A DNA stretch of 64,000 nucleotides from Candidatus Iainarchaeum sp. (lineage in GTDB: Archaea > Iainarchaeota > Iainarchaeia > Iainarchaeales > DTGL01), in assembly GCA_026413945.1 (NCBI GenBank), contig JAOAJX010000004.1, positions 1 to 64,000 of the forward strand, given 5' to 3'. Below the pieces are notes generated by a model. That model worked only from the letters and a program-made list of their open reading frames with translations. It made no database searches and was not told the DNA's origin. The position numbers and the translations under genes are program-made. Positions 39,173 through 48,785 of this stretch are shown here, piece after piece (the stretch's first letter is position 1; each line of letters begins with the position of its first letter).

Positions 39173-39180
39173 GTTAAAGT
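39173..39180. repeat. Right 8-bp target-site duplication GTTAAAGT
   Basis: Identical to 35358-35365. Confidence 0.9.
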
Positions 39181-39185
39181 CTAGC

Positions 39186-39782
39186 TTAAGAAGCATATTT
39201 CAGTACTACTAAACAACACTCTTGTTCTCTAAGCAGCTCATCTTCGAGGCATTTGCACTTAAAGGAGCCACTATCCATCCATTCAGGCTTTATATCCCGA
39301 TAAAGTGTCTCTTCCAAGTATTTATAAAGGCCTGTAGCCGTTGCTCCGCAAATAACTGACACACTAACTTCTTTCTTATCTAAATTATATCTTATTAGAG
39401 AGCCATCTTCATATGCGCTCCAAGACTTTGAGGGCTTTTCCACCCTACCAAATTCTGTTTCGTCCATATAAACGCCTGGACTCAAGCATATTTGCTTAGA
39501 CTCTATTCCAACATCAGAATTACCCAAAATTGCCTGTGTTGTAATAGTAATATAGCCATCCCTCTTTGAAAAAACTATCTTGCCAGATAATGGCGTTGAC
39601 TTAGACTTGTGGGCATTGTTAAGCACTTCTGCGATTATTTTATTTGGCTCGGAAGTTGAGGGGGGTTTAATTAGACCTAAAATATACAAAAGTATTGTCA
39701 ATATGGCCAGAGCAATTATGGCCGATATAAGAAGTTGAAATGTTGAAAAGGATTGTCCCCTATAATTCATCACATCACCCAA
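39186..39782 (-). CDS. Class III signal peptide (pilin-like) protein
   Basis: RGQSFSTFQLLISAIIALAIL prepilin-type N-terminus; Cys-rich C-terminus. Confidence 0.6.
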   Translation of the reverse strand: MGDVMNYRGQSFSTFQLLISAIIALAILTILLYILGLIKPPSTSEPNKIIAEVLNNAHKSKSTPLSGKIVFSKRDGYITITTQAILGNSDVGIESKQICLSPGVYMDETEFGRVEKPSKSWSAYEDGSLIRYNLDKKEVSVSVICGATATGLYKYLEETLYRDIKPEWMDSGSFKCKCLEDELLREQECCLVVLKYAS

Positions 39783-39992
39783 AAATATTTAACAAAAATA
39801 AGTTTTTTCTTATATTTAAAGTTATCGTAATTAAATAAATTTTGGCTTTATCTTGCTTTTTCTTAACACCATAGACCAAAGCAAAAAACACCAACATTTA
39901 AAAATAAATCTTACAGCTATTTAATAGTAACTTAAATGATGAAACATTAGATTTGGATTAGAATACTAAAACAGCGCAATAATGCTTTTTAG

Positions 39993-40730
39993 GTGTTAAA
40001 AGTGGGATTAAGGCCAGGGCATTGTTATTCAAGTATAAAGCACAGGCCATATACAAGGGTAGCCATAACTGTGCATGAAAAGAATTATATAGGCACTGTG
40101 CCGCCTGTTAGAATAAGGCAATTCAACATGGGAAACCCATCAATGCCTTATACTCACATAATTGATCTTATTGCTGACGACGCTGTGCAGATAAGAGACA
40201 ACGCAATAGAAGCACTAAGGATCTCAATAAACAGATTTCTAATAAGGAATGTTGGCAAGGAAAACTATTTCATGCGCATAAGGGTCTTTCCTCATCAGAT
40301 TTTAAGAGAGCACAAGCAAGCACAAGGTGCAGGCGCAGACAGGGTTTCACAAGGTATGAGTCATGCTTTTGGCAAACCAATAGGTCGCGCTATAAGAGTA
40401 AAAAAAGGCACAATTGTTTTGAGCATCCTTGCACTTCCGCAACATGTTAACCTAATTGAAAAAACCCTAGAGAAAAGGGCCAAGTCAAAGCTGCCTTGCA
40501 GCTTAAAAGTAAAAACACACACTGATTTGAAGTCGATAGGCACATTGCCGAGGAAAGCCATAATTGAGGAAAAGATTGAAGAGGCGAAGCCAGAAGAAGA
40601 AAAGGCAGCAGAGGAAAAAGCAGCAGAGGCAACAGAAAAAATTGAGGGCAAAGAAGATAGCAAGAAGGAAGATAAAGGAGAGGCAAAGAAAAGCGAAAAA
40701 ACCTCGGAAAAAAAGCCAGAGAAAAAGTAG
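39993..40730 (+). CDS. rpl10e: 50S ribosomal protein uL16 (L10e) with Lys/Glu-rich tail
   Basis: QIRDNAIEALR, FPHQILRE, GADRVSQGMSHAFGKPIG. Confidence 0.94.
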   Translation: MLKVGLRPGHCYSSIKHRPYTRVAITVHEKNYIGTVPPVRIRQFNMGNPSMPYTHIIDLIADDAVQIRDNAIEALRISINRFLIRNVGKENYFMRIRVFPHQILREHKQAQGAGADRVSQGMSHAFGKPIGRAIRVKKGTIVLSILALPQHVNLIEKTLEKRAKSKLPCSLKVKTHTDLKSIGTLPRKAIIEEKIEEAKPEEEKAAEEKAAEATEKIEGKEDSKKEDKGEAKKSEKTSEKKPEKK

Positions 40731-40796
40731 CGAACAAGCCAACTAATTTAAAGATAAAAATAATGGCACAGCAATTAGAGAATGCGAATTTAAAAG

Positions 40797-40867
40797 AGCG
40801 GGAGGAGGGAGTCGAACCCCCTTAATCCGGTCTGCAGCCGGATGCATGGCCGTTCTGCCACTCCCGC
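40797..40867 (-). tRNA. tRNA-Cys(GCA)
   Basis: GCGGGAG/CTCCCGC acceptor stem, TCCGG-CTGCAGA-CCGGA anticodon arm, U73. Confidence 0.95.
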
Positions 40868-40904
40868 ATAGATAGTACTGATATAAGTTAACTCAGACCT
40901 TTTT

Positions 40905-42218
40905 TTAACTTTTTTCATTTTGAATATTGACCTTGCTTTTTTCTTCGCCGAGACTAAGCAGATAGTTTTTTGCACCATCAATGTCATCAGCTTCCAACAT
41001 GCTGAAAAGTTTTCTTGCATCAAATGCGTTATTGAAGTTTGTTTCGCCAAGTTTTTTCTCGAGGAGTTCATAGCCAAACTCCAGCACTGATTTATTTTTT
41101 TCTTGCAATGCAACTAGCTCAGAGAGTTTTTTTGAAAAAGATTGCGCGAAAAAGTCTGAATCTATAGATATTATTGCTTTCTTGGAATACTCATCCAAAA
41201 TATCCTTAATATCAATGCTTTCAGGAGTATGGCCTTTTGCCAAAGATCCTGAAAGCTTGATTTTCACAAGTGGCATTTTGCAGTATTGCTCCGATGTTAT
41301 CTTACCAAGAACCTCCCGCAGTCGCTTTGCGACAATGTTTTTTTCAGCGTTTTCAAACTCTAATTTTTCATATATAAAAGGCCTTTGATTTGGCAAATGC
41401 AAAAAATCAAGTGCTTTGCTTTTTGTATCCATGATGTATATGCCTTTTGGCTTTTTGGCTTCTAGGCGCTTCATCTGCGTAAGCATTGTAGAGCCGGTGA
41501 GAATTAAATGCTTATTACCCTGCTTTACTTCATTTTGCCAGTGAAGATGCCCATTGACTATGATGTCAAAGCCTTCTGGAAGTGAGTCAATGGTTAGCGT
41601 AGCAATCATTTCATCATCAAATGGCAGAAATTCCTTGAATGATTGATGCAGCACAAGAATGTTAAATGCTTTTGGTTCTGGCTTTGGGTTCCAGGCGCGG
41701 AGCACGTCTAAGGCCTTCTTTTCTGGAACACCGCCAAGCCCATGAATTGCGATGAGTTCTCCATTTTGCTCAAAAAGAGCCCTTTCACCATGCAGATATG
41801 CTATAAACCCAGCTTCTTCAAAAAGCTGCAGATAATTGGCATAATCACGGCTTCTAAACTCATGTGTGCCATGGATTGCAAAAATTGGAATGCCATTGAG
41901 CTTAAGCTCTCGCTCTTTTTCAGAGCTAATTTTCTTTACAATGAGCAAATTTTTGTTGGCATTTTTTGCGATTGAAAAAACTGAAAAAGCCTGAATTAGA
42001 TGCAATGACTCTGGAACTTCCTTATCAAATATATCGCCAGCAATAACTATTGCTTGTGCGCCTCTTTCAACAGCCAGCTTCATTGCAGCAAAAGCATTCT
42101 CAAAAGCCTCGTTTTCGCGCCCCTTCTGGGAAAAGCCAAGATGGAAATCTGACAAAAAAGCAATCTTCATGAAGTATATGAAGCTAAATTTTAATTTAAA
42201 TATATGCTGTATAACCAA
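40905..42218 (-). CDS. mre11: Mre11/SbcD-family DNA repair nuclease
   Basis: SDFHLG, AGDIFD, HGTHE, LHQ, GHLH. Confidence 0.82.
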   Translation of the reverse strand: MVIQHIFKLKFSFIYFMKIAFLSDFHLGFSQKGRENEAFENAFAAMKLAVERGAQAIVIAGDIFDKEVPESLHLIQAFSVFSIAKNANKNLLIVKKISSEKERELKLNGIPIFAIHGTHEFRSRDYANYLQLFEEAGFIAYLHGERALFEQNGELIAIHGLGGVPEKKALDVLRAWNPKPEPKAFNILVLHQSFKEFLPFDDEMIATLTIDSLPEGFDIIVNGHLHWQNEVKQGNKHLILTGSTMLTQMKRLEAKKPKGIYIMDTKSKALDFLHLPNQRPFIYEKLEFENAEKNIVAKRLREVLGKITSEQYCKMPLVKIKLSGSLAKGHTPESIDIKDILDEYSKKAIISIDSDFFAQSFSKKLSELVALQEKNKSVLEFGYELLEKKLGETNFNNAFDARKLFSMLEADDIDGAKNYLLSLGEEKSKVNIQNEKS

Positions 42219-43140
42219 CTTTTTCGGTTTTGCCCAGCAGAATTTTTTCTAAATTTGCCATACCTGCTTTTGACATCAGCAAAAGAGGTCTAAAAATCGG
42301 AATTTTGATATTTGAATCTAACAAAAATTGCCCACAAAAATTAGTTTTTGAAATTTTTCTTTCTGGGACTACAAGTGCAGAAATTCCCTCCTCGTTTATA
42401 AGGCAATCAATATCTGCAAAATTAGTTACTTTAAAATTACGCCAAAGATTCCATTGCGATAAAATCTCGAGTGCATTGCCAATATTTCCAGCATTAGAGC
42501 CAGTAACTGGAAAAACATTGCAGCCTTTGCGCATCATGAGCCAAGCGCAAATAGCGCTCTCAATCTTATTTTTATCGCCCTCAAACAGAACAGCCACATT
42601 ACCTTCTACACCTAAAGGTAAACCACCAAAGCATTTTAGCTCATTAAAGTAAAATAAAGCTTTATCATTTTCTATATCTATGTGAAGCCTATAATCTGGT
42701 TTTGAGAGATTAACTTTAAGGCCGTAAGTTTTAACAACATCGGCTCCAACAAAAACTTCAGCATCCTTCGAAGTAAAACTGTGCTTACCAGAACGTGAGC
42801 ATTCAATTGCAAAAGTGCCATCTTTTCCAGAAAAAAGATCCCGGGATATTAAGGCTAAGTCTTCAATATCTTGAAAAAAGTACTTATGAGCAATTGCAAC
42901 AGAATAGATCCCAAAAATTTTCTTCAATATTTTAATACAAGTCTCAGATGCATCTGATTGTAAAAGAAGTCTATCGCTTAAAGTTTGAATATACCTAAAA
43001 GCAATTTGATTACGCTTTAGAGCACACCCAACATTGCTGCGTAGCTTCTTTACAAAGTAGCGCCTAGTCGGAGCGCTTTTTAGGAATATGGAGGGAGAAA
43101 ATTTAGCCATTATTAGTTGTCCTTCGCTATTGTAAGCCAT
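42196..43140 (-). CDS. THUMP-domain ThiI-like protein with degenerate PP-loop
   Basis: IFLKS..TRR, RSGKHSFTS, VNLSKPD, GGLPLG; SGGxDS replaced by FEGDKNKIES. Confidence 0.75.
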   Translation of the reverse strand: MAYNSEGQLIMAKFSPSIFLKSAPTRRYFVKKLRSNVGCALKRNQIAFRYIQTLSDRLLLQSDASETCIKILKKIFGIYSVAIAHKYFFQDIEDLALISRDLFSGKDGTFAIECSRSGKHSFTSKDAEVFVGADVVKTYGLKVNLSKPDYRLHIDIENDKALFYFNELKCFGGLPLGVEGNVAVLFEGDKNKIESAICAWLMMRKGCNVFPVTGSNAGNIGNALEILSQWNLWRNFKVTNFADIDCLINEEGISALVVPERKISKTNFCGQFLLDSNIKIPIFRPLLLMSKAGMANLEKILLGKTEKVGYTAYI

Positions 43141-43229
43141 AATTAGACTCTGTCAGCAAACATTTAATTTTAAATATGTTATGTAATTCCAATTTATTTA
43201 ATTTTTGTCACCACTCAGGGGGTTGAAAT

Positions 43230-45179
43230 ATGAAAAAATGGGTTACTGACAAAGATAGTAAAGGTTATTACTGGCCGAGCGAAGAAGCAAAAAGCTACGC
43301 TTGGGTCAAAGATGAGAAAATATATGAAGAAGCTGCAAAAGACCCTATAGCTTTTTGGGACAAAAAGGCAAGAGAAGGAATAAGCTGGTTCAAGCCTTGG
43401 AAGAAGACATATTTGTGGAAACCGCCATATTACAAATGGTTCATAGGCGGCAAGCTAAATGTATGTTACAATTGTGTTGATAGGCATGTTGAATCTGGCA
43501 AGGGGAAAAAGCCTGCAATAATATGGATACCGGAGCCAATGAACGAAGAGAAAAAAGTATTGACATTTGAAGAGTTGCACAAAGAGGTACAGAAGTTTGC
43601 AAATGTTCTTAAAGAGCTTGGAGTAAAGAAAGGCGACCGCGTAACCATATATCTCCCTATGATACCCGAAGCACAAATTGCCATGCTTGCATGTGCAAGA
43701 ATAGGCGCTATACATAGCGTGGTTTTCTCTGCATTTAGCCCGGAGTCTTTAAGAGCAAGAATAGATGACGCAAAGTCAAAAGTGCTCATAACTTCTGATG
43801 GTTACTATAGACGGGGCAAAATAGTGGAACTTAAGAAAAATGCTGATGAAGCAGTGAGTGGAAAGAGCCCAATAAAAAAGGTAATTGTTGTTAAGCGTGC
43901 AGGCAATCAGGTTGAAATGAAAAAAAAGCGCGATTTCTGGTGGCATGAGTTAATGGCAAAAGCAAAGGAAAAGTGCGCACCAGCAAAGCTTGACAGTGAA
44001 CAGCCGCTATTTATTCTATACACAAGTGGCACAACGGGAAAGCCAAAAGGTGTAATTCATGTCAATGGCGGTTATATTGTAATGGCTTATTGGACATCAA
44101 AGTATGTATTTGATCTTCATGATGAAGACATATTTTGGTGTACTGCAGATATTGGTTGGGTAACTGGGCACACTTACAACTGCTATGGCATATTAGCAAC
44201 CGGATCAACACTGCTCTTCTACGAAGGAACACCTGATTTCCCAGACAAAGATAGATGGTGGAAGATAGTTGAAGAAAACAAAGTAACAATCTTTTACACT
44301 GCACCAACCGCTATAAGGATGTGTGCCCAATGGGGTTCTGAGTGGCCGGCAAAGCATGACCTTAGCTCATTGAGGCTCTTGGGCACTGTTGGTGAACCGA
44401 TAGATCAACAAGCTTGGTCATGGTACTTTGAAAACATCGGTGGCTCTAGATGTCCGATTGTAGATACTTGGTGGCAGACAGAAACTGGAGCAACACTCAT
44501 AACAACTCTTCCGGGCGTAGGTCCATTCATACCCACTGTAGCGGGCAGGACTTTTCCTGGCGTAACTGCAGATATTGTAGATGCAGAGAAAAACAGTGTT
44601 AGCGGTGATATGGGTGGCTACCTTGTGCTAAAGAGCCCTTTCCCGCCAAGCTTGCTTAGAGGTCTTTGGAAAGCTGAAAAGAAGTACATTGAAACATATT
44701 GGCTTAGCTACGACAAAGAGTTTTACTCTACCAATGATGGGGCAAGGCGTGTTGATAATAAGTATATAAGGATAACTGGCAGGGTTGACGACGTAATGAA
44801 TGTATCAGGCCATAGAATATCAACTGCAGAGATTGAAAATGCAATAGCTTCGCATAAGAACGTTGCTGAGTGTGCAGTTGTTTCTCAGCCGCACCCCATA
44901 AAAGGCGAAGCTCCGTTTGCTTTTGTGGTTTTGAAGGAAGCGCAGCCAAGCGAACAGCTAAAGAATGAGCTCTTTGAGACAGTAAGAGTTAAAATAGGGC
45001 CAATTGCAAAACCAGAGGTAATAGCGTTTGCGGACGCACTGCCAAAAACAAGGTCTGGCAAAATCATGAGAAGGATGCTTCGCGCTCTTGTAACGAATCA
45101 GCCAATTGGCGATACAACAACGTTGCTTAATCCTGAAAGCATAGAGCAACTAAAGAAAGTAGTTGGATATAAGGGGTGA
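43230..45179 (+). CDS. acs: Acetate--CoA ligase (AMP-forming)
   Basis: YTSGTTGKPKG, ADIGWVTGH, DTWWQTETG, PKTRSGKIMRR. Confidence 0.95.
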   Translation: MKKWVTDKDSKGYYWPSEEAKSYAWVKDEKIYEEAAKDPIAFWDKKAREGISWFKPWKKTYLWKPPYYKWFIGGKLNVCYNCVDRHVESGKGKKPAIIWIPEPMNEEKKVLTFEELHKEVQKFANVLKELGVKKGDRVTIYLPMIPEAQIAMLACARIGAIHSVVFSAFSPESLRARIDDAKSKVLITSDGYYRRGKIVELKKNADEAVSGKSPIKKVIVVKRAGNQVEMKKKRDFWWHELMAKAKEKCAPAKLDSEQPLFILYTSGTTGKPKGVIHVNGGYIVMAYWTSKYVFDLHDEDIFWCTADIGWVTGHTYNCYGILATGSTLLFYEGTPDFPDKDRWWKIVEENKVTIFYTAPTAIRMCAQWGSEWPAKHDLSSLRLLGTVGEPIDQQAWSWYFENIGGSRCPIVDTWWQTETGATLITTLPGVGPFIPTVAGRTFPGVTADIVDAEKNSVSGDMGGYLVLKSPFPPSLLRGLWKAEKKYIETYWLSYDKEFYSTNDGARRVDNKYIRITGRVDDVMNVSGHRISTAEIENAIASHKNVAECAVVSQPHPIKGEAPFAFVVLKEAQPSEQLKNELFETVRVKIGPIAKPEVIAFADALPKTRSGKIMRRMLRALVTNQPIGDTTTLLNPESIEQLKKVVGYKG

Positions 45180-45181
45180 GG

Positions 45182-45257
45182 TTTTTTTTTACTTTTTAAC
45201 TTCCTTTTCCTTTATTCTTTTTTTCTTTATTTTTATTTAATCTTTTTTTAATTTTCT
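45182..45257 (+). terminator. T-rich terminator region between convergent acs and top6A
   Basis: Multiple oligo-T runs directly after the acs stop. Confidence 0.5.
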
Positions 45258-46460
45258 TTATGGTAAAAATATCTTCTTTTTTATCTTAGTTGGTAAATAC
45301 TCTGTTGCAACAAACTCAAGGCTTCTGTTTGCAAGTGCTTGTTGCTCTATCCTTACTTTCATGTCCATAGCGAGCTTTAATTCCTCTTGCCAAGGCTTGT
45401 TTTGGAACCAATCGTAAGACATTAGCTCTTTTGCTCTTTTAAGATCAAGCAATTTCATCTTTTCAGTTACATTCTCAAGCTTATATTCTTTTATATCCTC
45501 TATGGTCATGCCAATATACTTTGCATCAGGACATGCTAAAAGCTGCGAATGTGCAGCCAAAGCCATTGATCCCTGTTTTATAACGCTGTAAATATACCAA
45601 CCGTATGGGTCTCCGTCTGTAAATACATAAACAGGAAGATTACACTCAAAGTGAAGCCTATGTATTAGACGCCTTGTTCCTCTCGCAGCTTGACCACCGG
45701 TTCCAACAAGTATTGCTCTATTTTTTCTTGCAAAATCTTCCTCTATTAGGCGCTCATACATAGCGCTTGTCTCAATCACTAAAACATAATCAGCATTAAC
45801 ACTTTCAATCTCTATTTCATTTGGCTCCATACGGCTCATTATGCTCCAACCACCACGACCTAATTTTAGACAATTGAATTTGTCGTTTCTGTGTTGCCGG
45901 TCTATAAGAGTAATATCCCCATAAAGAGTTCCCTTTGGATTTGCGTGCACATTAAGCTTTTCCCTTATAGTGTCAATGCTGTGCTCAAGGTCCACTATGG
46001 CTGCATCACTCTCACGTTGATCTTCAAAAGTGTTTTCGTTTGTTTTTCCAACCGTGTGCTTAAGTTCGTAGTAAATCTCCCTGATTGATGCTGTTTTGTT
46101 ATGCGTAAGATACTCATGTGTTTTTCCCATAACAAGCATTGTTTGCATGAACTTTCTTGCATGAGCTATGTTTAAGAACGTCCTTGTTGAGCTTTTGTCA
46201 CCAAGCTTTATTATGCCCATATCTTCATCAAAAAGAACATTGCCTCGGCCTCTTAGCTTTGTCTCAAACTTAGGGTTTTTGCCAGACTCTATTTCAGAGA
46301 CTATCTTAAGCCCAATGTTTTTTATCTTGTCAGCAATCTCTTTTGGACCTTCTGTTTCCATGTGTTTTATTGATTTTTTGCCAAAAGTCTTGCTTTTTTC
46401 AGTAGGTTTGCTAGATTCAGACTTCTTCTGCTTCTTCATCGTCTTCACCTTCTTCATCAT
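45258..46460 (-). CDS. top6A: DNA topoisomerase VI subunit A
   Basis: SIREIYY catalytic Tyr, FTDGDPYG TOPRIM, EQQAL; true start possibly ATG 46439. Confidence 0.95.
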   Translation of the reverse strand: MMKKVKTMKKQKKSESSKPTEKSKTFGKKSIKHMETEGPKEIADKIKNIGLKIVSEIESGKNPKFETKLRGRGNVLFDEDMGIIKLGDKSSTRTFLNIAHARKFMQTMLVMGKTHEYLTHNKTASIREIYYELKHTVGKTNENTFEDQRESDAAIVDLEHSIDTIREKLNVHANPKGTLYGDITLIDRQHRNDKFNCLKLGRGGWSIMSRMEPNEIEIESVNADYVLVIETSAMYERLIEEDFARKNRAILVGTGGQAARGTRRLIHRLHFECNLPVYVFTDGDPYGWYIYSVIKQGSMALAAHSQLLACPDAKYIGMTIEDIKEYKLENVTEKMKLLDLKRAKELMSYDWFQNKPWQEELKLAMDMKVRIEQQALANRSLEFVATEYLPTKIKKKIFLP

Positions 46461-48162
46461 CTACTTTCTTTACAGCCTTAGCCTCTTCTTTTTCATCAAT
46501 CTTAAGCTTATTTGCTACAAGCCACTCAAGCTTATTGATGAGGTGCTCCTTCTGCTTTTTTGTTATCTTGCTCAATGCATCAGCAATTTCGGGTATGTAG
46601 CGGTAGAATATATCACGCTTCATTTTCCTTTCAATCAAAGCCCTTTTTGCTGAGATATACCTGCTTGTCTTCCTTGCACACATCATTATTGCTAAGCGAA
46701 GTTCTTCAACAATCTCATCCTCATCAGCTACTGCTTGCTTGCCTGCTCCAGTATAAGGAACATGCACAGATATGAAGTTCACAAATATTGTCAATGGAAC
46801 ATTTTCAAGGTCTTTGACTCCGTAGCGCTTCCAGTCAATGTCATGGACTGTTTTTGTTATAGCACAGTTGCCGGCATCGAAAAGCAATGGTGCCCTGTTT
46901 GCAAATCTCATTATTTCAACCTTGGCTCCTTGATTTTGTTCATCTATTGCAGCAGCATTATTTGCGTTGCTTTTCTGTGTTTCTTCTGTTTCTTGTGTCA
47001 AAATGCCCGCTTTCCCGCCATAAGCAATACCAATTTCAACCTGAAAAGGATATCCGCCTGCATAAACCTTCGGTGGCCTTGTAAGCGTACAAACGTGCTC
47101 AGGCTGCACTATAGTTTCGAGAGATTTTTTTATGCGTTCTTCGCCTATGGGAATGAGGCCTTCTGTGCTCGGAGCTATGAACTTTATTTGCTTGAATGCA
47201 TTGATTATTGTTTCTGCCTCTTGCCATGTAAGCTTTTTTGGATCCTTATTTAAGTCGAAATTAACCAATTTCTGGAGGTTTTCTATGGCAGTATCGCCCA
47301 TGCGATCAAACTCAGACTTAAGAAAAGATGAAACCTTCTGTGCCTTTGTTGCCTGTGCCATTGTTATGATGTCATCAACTGTTGCTCCGGCTGGATGCGG
47401 TTTCATTGGCTTTGGAATTTTTGGCAAATATGTTGTGCTTCTGTTAAAAATAATCTTTTCACCTTTTGGTGAGCGAAATATTATTTTAGCATGCGGGTTC
47501 GCAATGGCTGTTCTTCTCAAATATTCCAAAGGGCCGGTTGCTGATTCCTTATAAAGAACACCTTTAAACCTTGCTTGAACCATAAGGCCACGGAAGTCCC
47601 TTTCAACCTCCTTAAAATTGTATATCTTTGGCTCATTTTTCTTTGGATCAATAGCAAGCTCGCACGCGAACGCTTTACCTTTTCCTGTGCCACTTATCAC
47701 TTTTATGGCTTTGCCGGTGGTCATCTGACTTAGCATAGTACAGCCACTTGCACCAATTCCCTGTTGGCCACGCATTTGTATTATTCTATGGAATTTTGTG
47801 CCAGCTAGCAATTGACCGAGTGCTTTGCCTATGGTTTCTTTTGTTAAACCTGGGCCGTTGTCTTTCACTGTAACAAGATAGTATTCAGGACCGAGCTCAT
47901 CAATCTTAACTTCTATTTCAGGCAGTATGCCTGCTTCCTCGCAAGCATCTAGTGAGTTTGTGACGTATTCATGTACTATTGTTGTGAGCATTCTTATCTT
48001 TCCGTAAAGGCCAAGCATCTGCATGTTCTTCTTGAAAAATTCTGCAACGCTATGTTCCTTGAATTCTTTTGCGAGAGCTTCAGCGGTTAAAATATTTATT
48101 TTATCGTTATCCTCTTTTAGCTCAGTTTTATTTGAAGCTGCTTTTTCAGCTTTTTTTGCCAT
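46417..48162 (-). CDS. top6B: DNA topoisomerase VI subunit B
   Basis: EYVTNSLDACE, DNGPG, RGQQGIG, RFANRAPL. Confidence 0.96.
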   Translation of the reverse strand: MAKKAEKAASNKTELKEDNDKINILTAEALAKEFKEHSVAEFFKKNMQMLGLYGKIRMLTTIVHEYVTNSLDACEEAGILPEIEVKIDELGPEYYLVTVKDNGPGLTKETIGKALGQLLAGTKFHRIIQMRGQQGIGASGCTMLSQMTTGKAIKVISGTGKGKAFACELAIDPKKNEPKIYNFKEVERDFRGLMVQARFKGVLYKESATGPLEYLRRTAIANPHAKIIFRSPKGEKIIFNRSTTYLPKIPKPMKPHPAGATVDDIITMAQATKAQKVSSFLKSEFDRMGDTAIENLQKLVNFDLNKDPKKLTWQEAETIINAFKQIKFIAPSTEGLIPIGEERIKKSLETIVQPEHVCTLTRPPKVYAGGYPFQVEIGIAYGGKAGILTQETEETQKSNANNAAAIDEQNQGAKVEIMRFANRAPLLFDAGNCAITKTVHDIDWKRYGVKDLENVPLTIFVNFISVHVPYTGAGKQAVADEDEIVEELRLAIMMCARKTSRYISAKRALIERKMKRDIFYRYIPEIADALSKITKKQKEHLINKLEWLVANKLKIDEKEEAKAVKKVDDEEGEDDEEAEEV

Positions 48163-48170
48163 AGAACCAC

Positions 48171-48701
48171 CTAAAAATCAAAATCTGCTTTGCCACTCTT
48201 TCTTAAGCTATGGTGCCTAAACGCAGTTTCTATCTCTGCACCTGACAAAATGTCAAGCACAATTGCTTCGGCAAAATCTAAATCATCTTGTGTACCAATT
48301 ATCGACACTGTATCACCATAAACTGAAAGGTAGCAGTTACAGGATTCTTCTATGCGCTTCCTTATACTTCCTTCCGTACCAATCACCCTGGATTTTTTTG
48401 TGTGTATCGCTTTTTGACTTTTGCCAACCAACTCACGAACATCAAGTACCCTCAGCTCATAATAGTCTTTGCTTAACATAAAGGCCTTTTCTGGAGCAAA
48501 GCCCCTTGCAATTGCTTTGCAAATTTTTTCGGCAACCATAACCTGAAATGCATCATCGCCAGTTATTGAAACTTCACCATTTTCGCTATCTACAACAATA
48601 TTTGTCTTCGTAAGTGCCTCTATTCTTTTTTTAGTTTTGCCTTTAGGCCCTATTATCACGCCTATACGCTCCTCTGGGACTAAAAGACAAGTGGAGGCCA
48701 T
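48171..48701 (-). CDS. KH-domain RNA-processing protein (Dim2/Pno1-like)
   Basis: RIGVIIGPKG, AIARGF.PE.A, RVIGTEG; usual rio1-top6 context. Confidence 0.88.
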   Translation of the reverse strand: MASTCLLVPEERIGVIIGPKGKTKKRIEALTKTNIVVDSENGEVSITGDDAFQVMVAEKICKAIARGFAPEKAFMLSKDYYELRVLDVRELVGKSQKAIHTKKSRVIGTEGSIRKRIEESCNCYLSVYGDTVSIIGTQDDLDFAEAIVLDILSGAEIETAFRHHSLRKSGKADFDF

Positions 48702-48785
48702 TAAAAACCACTATGTTCCAACGAAACTAACTGCAAAAGATTTTAAAAGTATAACTAAAACCAATAGAATTGGATATTATAGCAC

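Noticed and set aside
39930-39990. C/D-box sRNA candidates (ATGATGA near 39935; TGATGA near 17004)
   Set aside because: No properly spaced CTGA D box
46417-46460. top6B/top6A overlap encoding acidic and basic tails in two frames
   Set aside because: Explained by a GAA-rich tract and a probable downstream start at 46439
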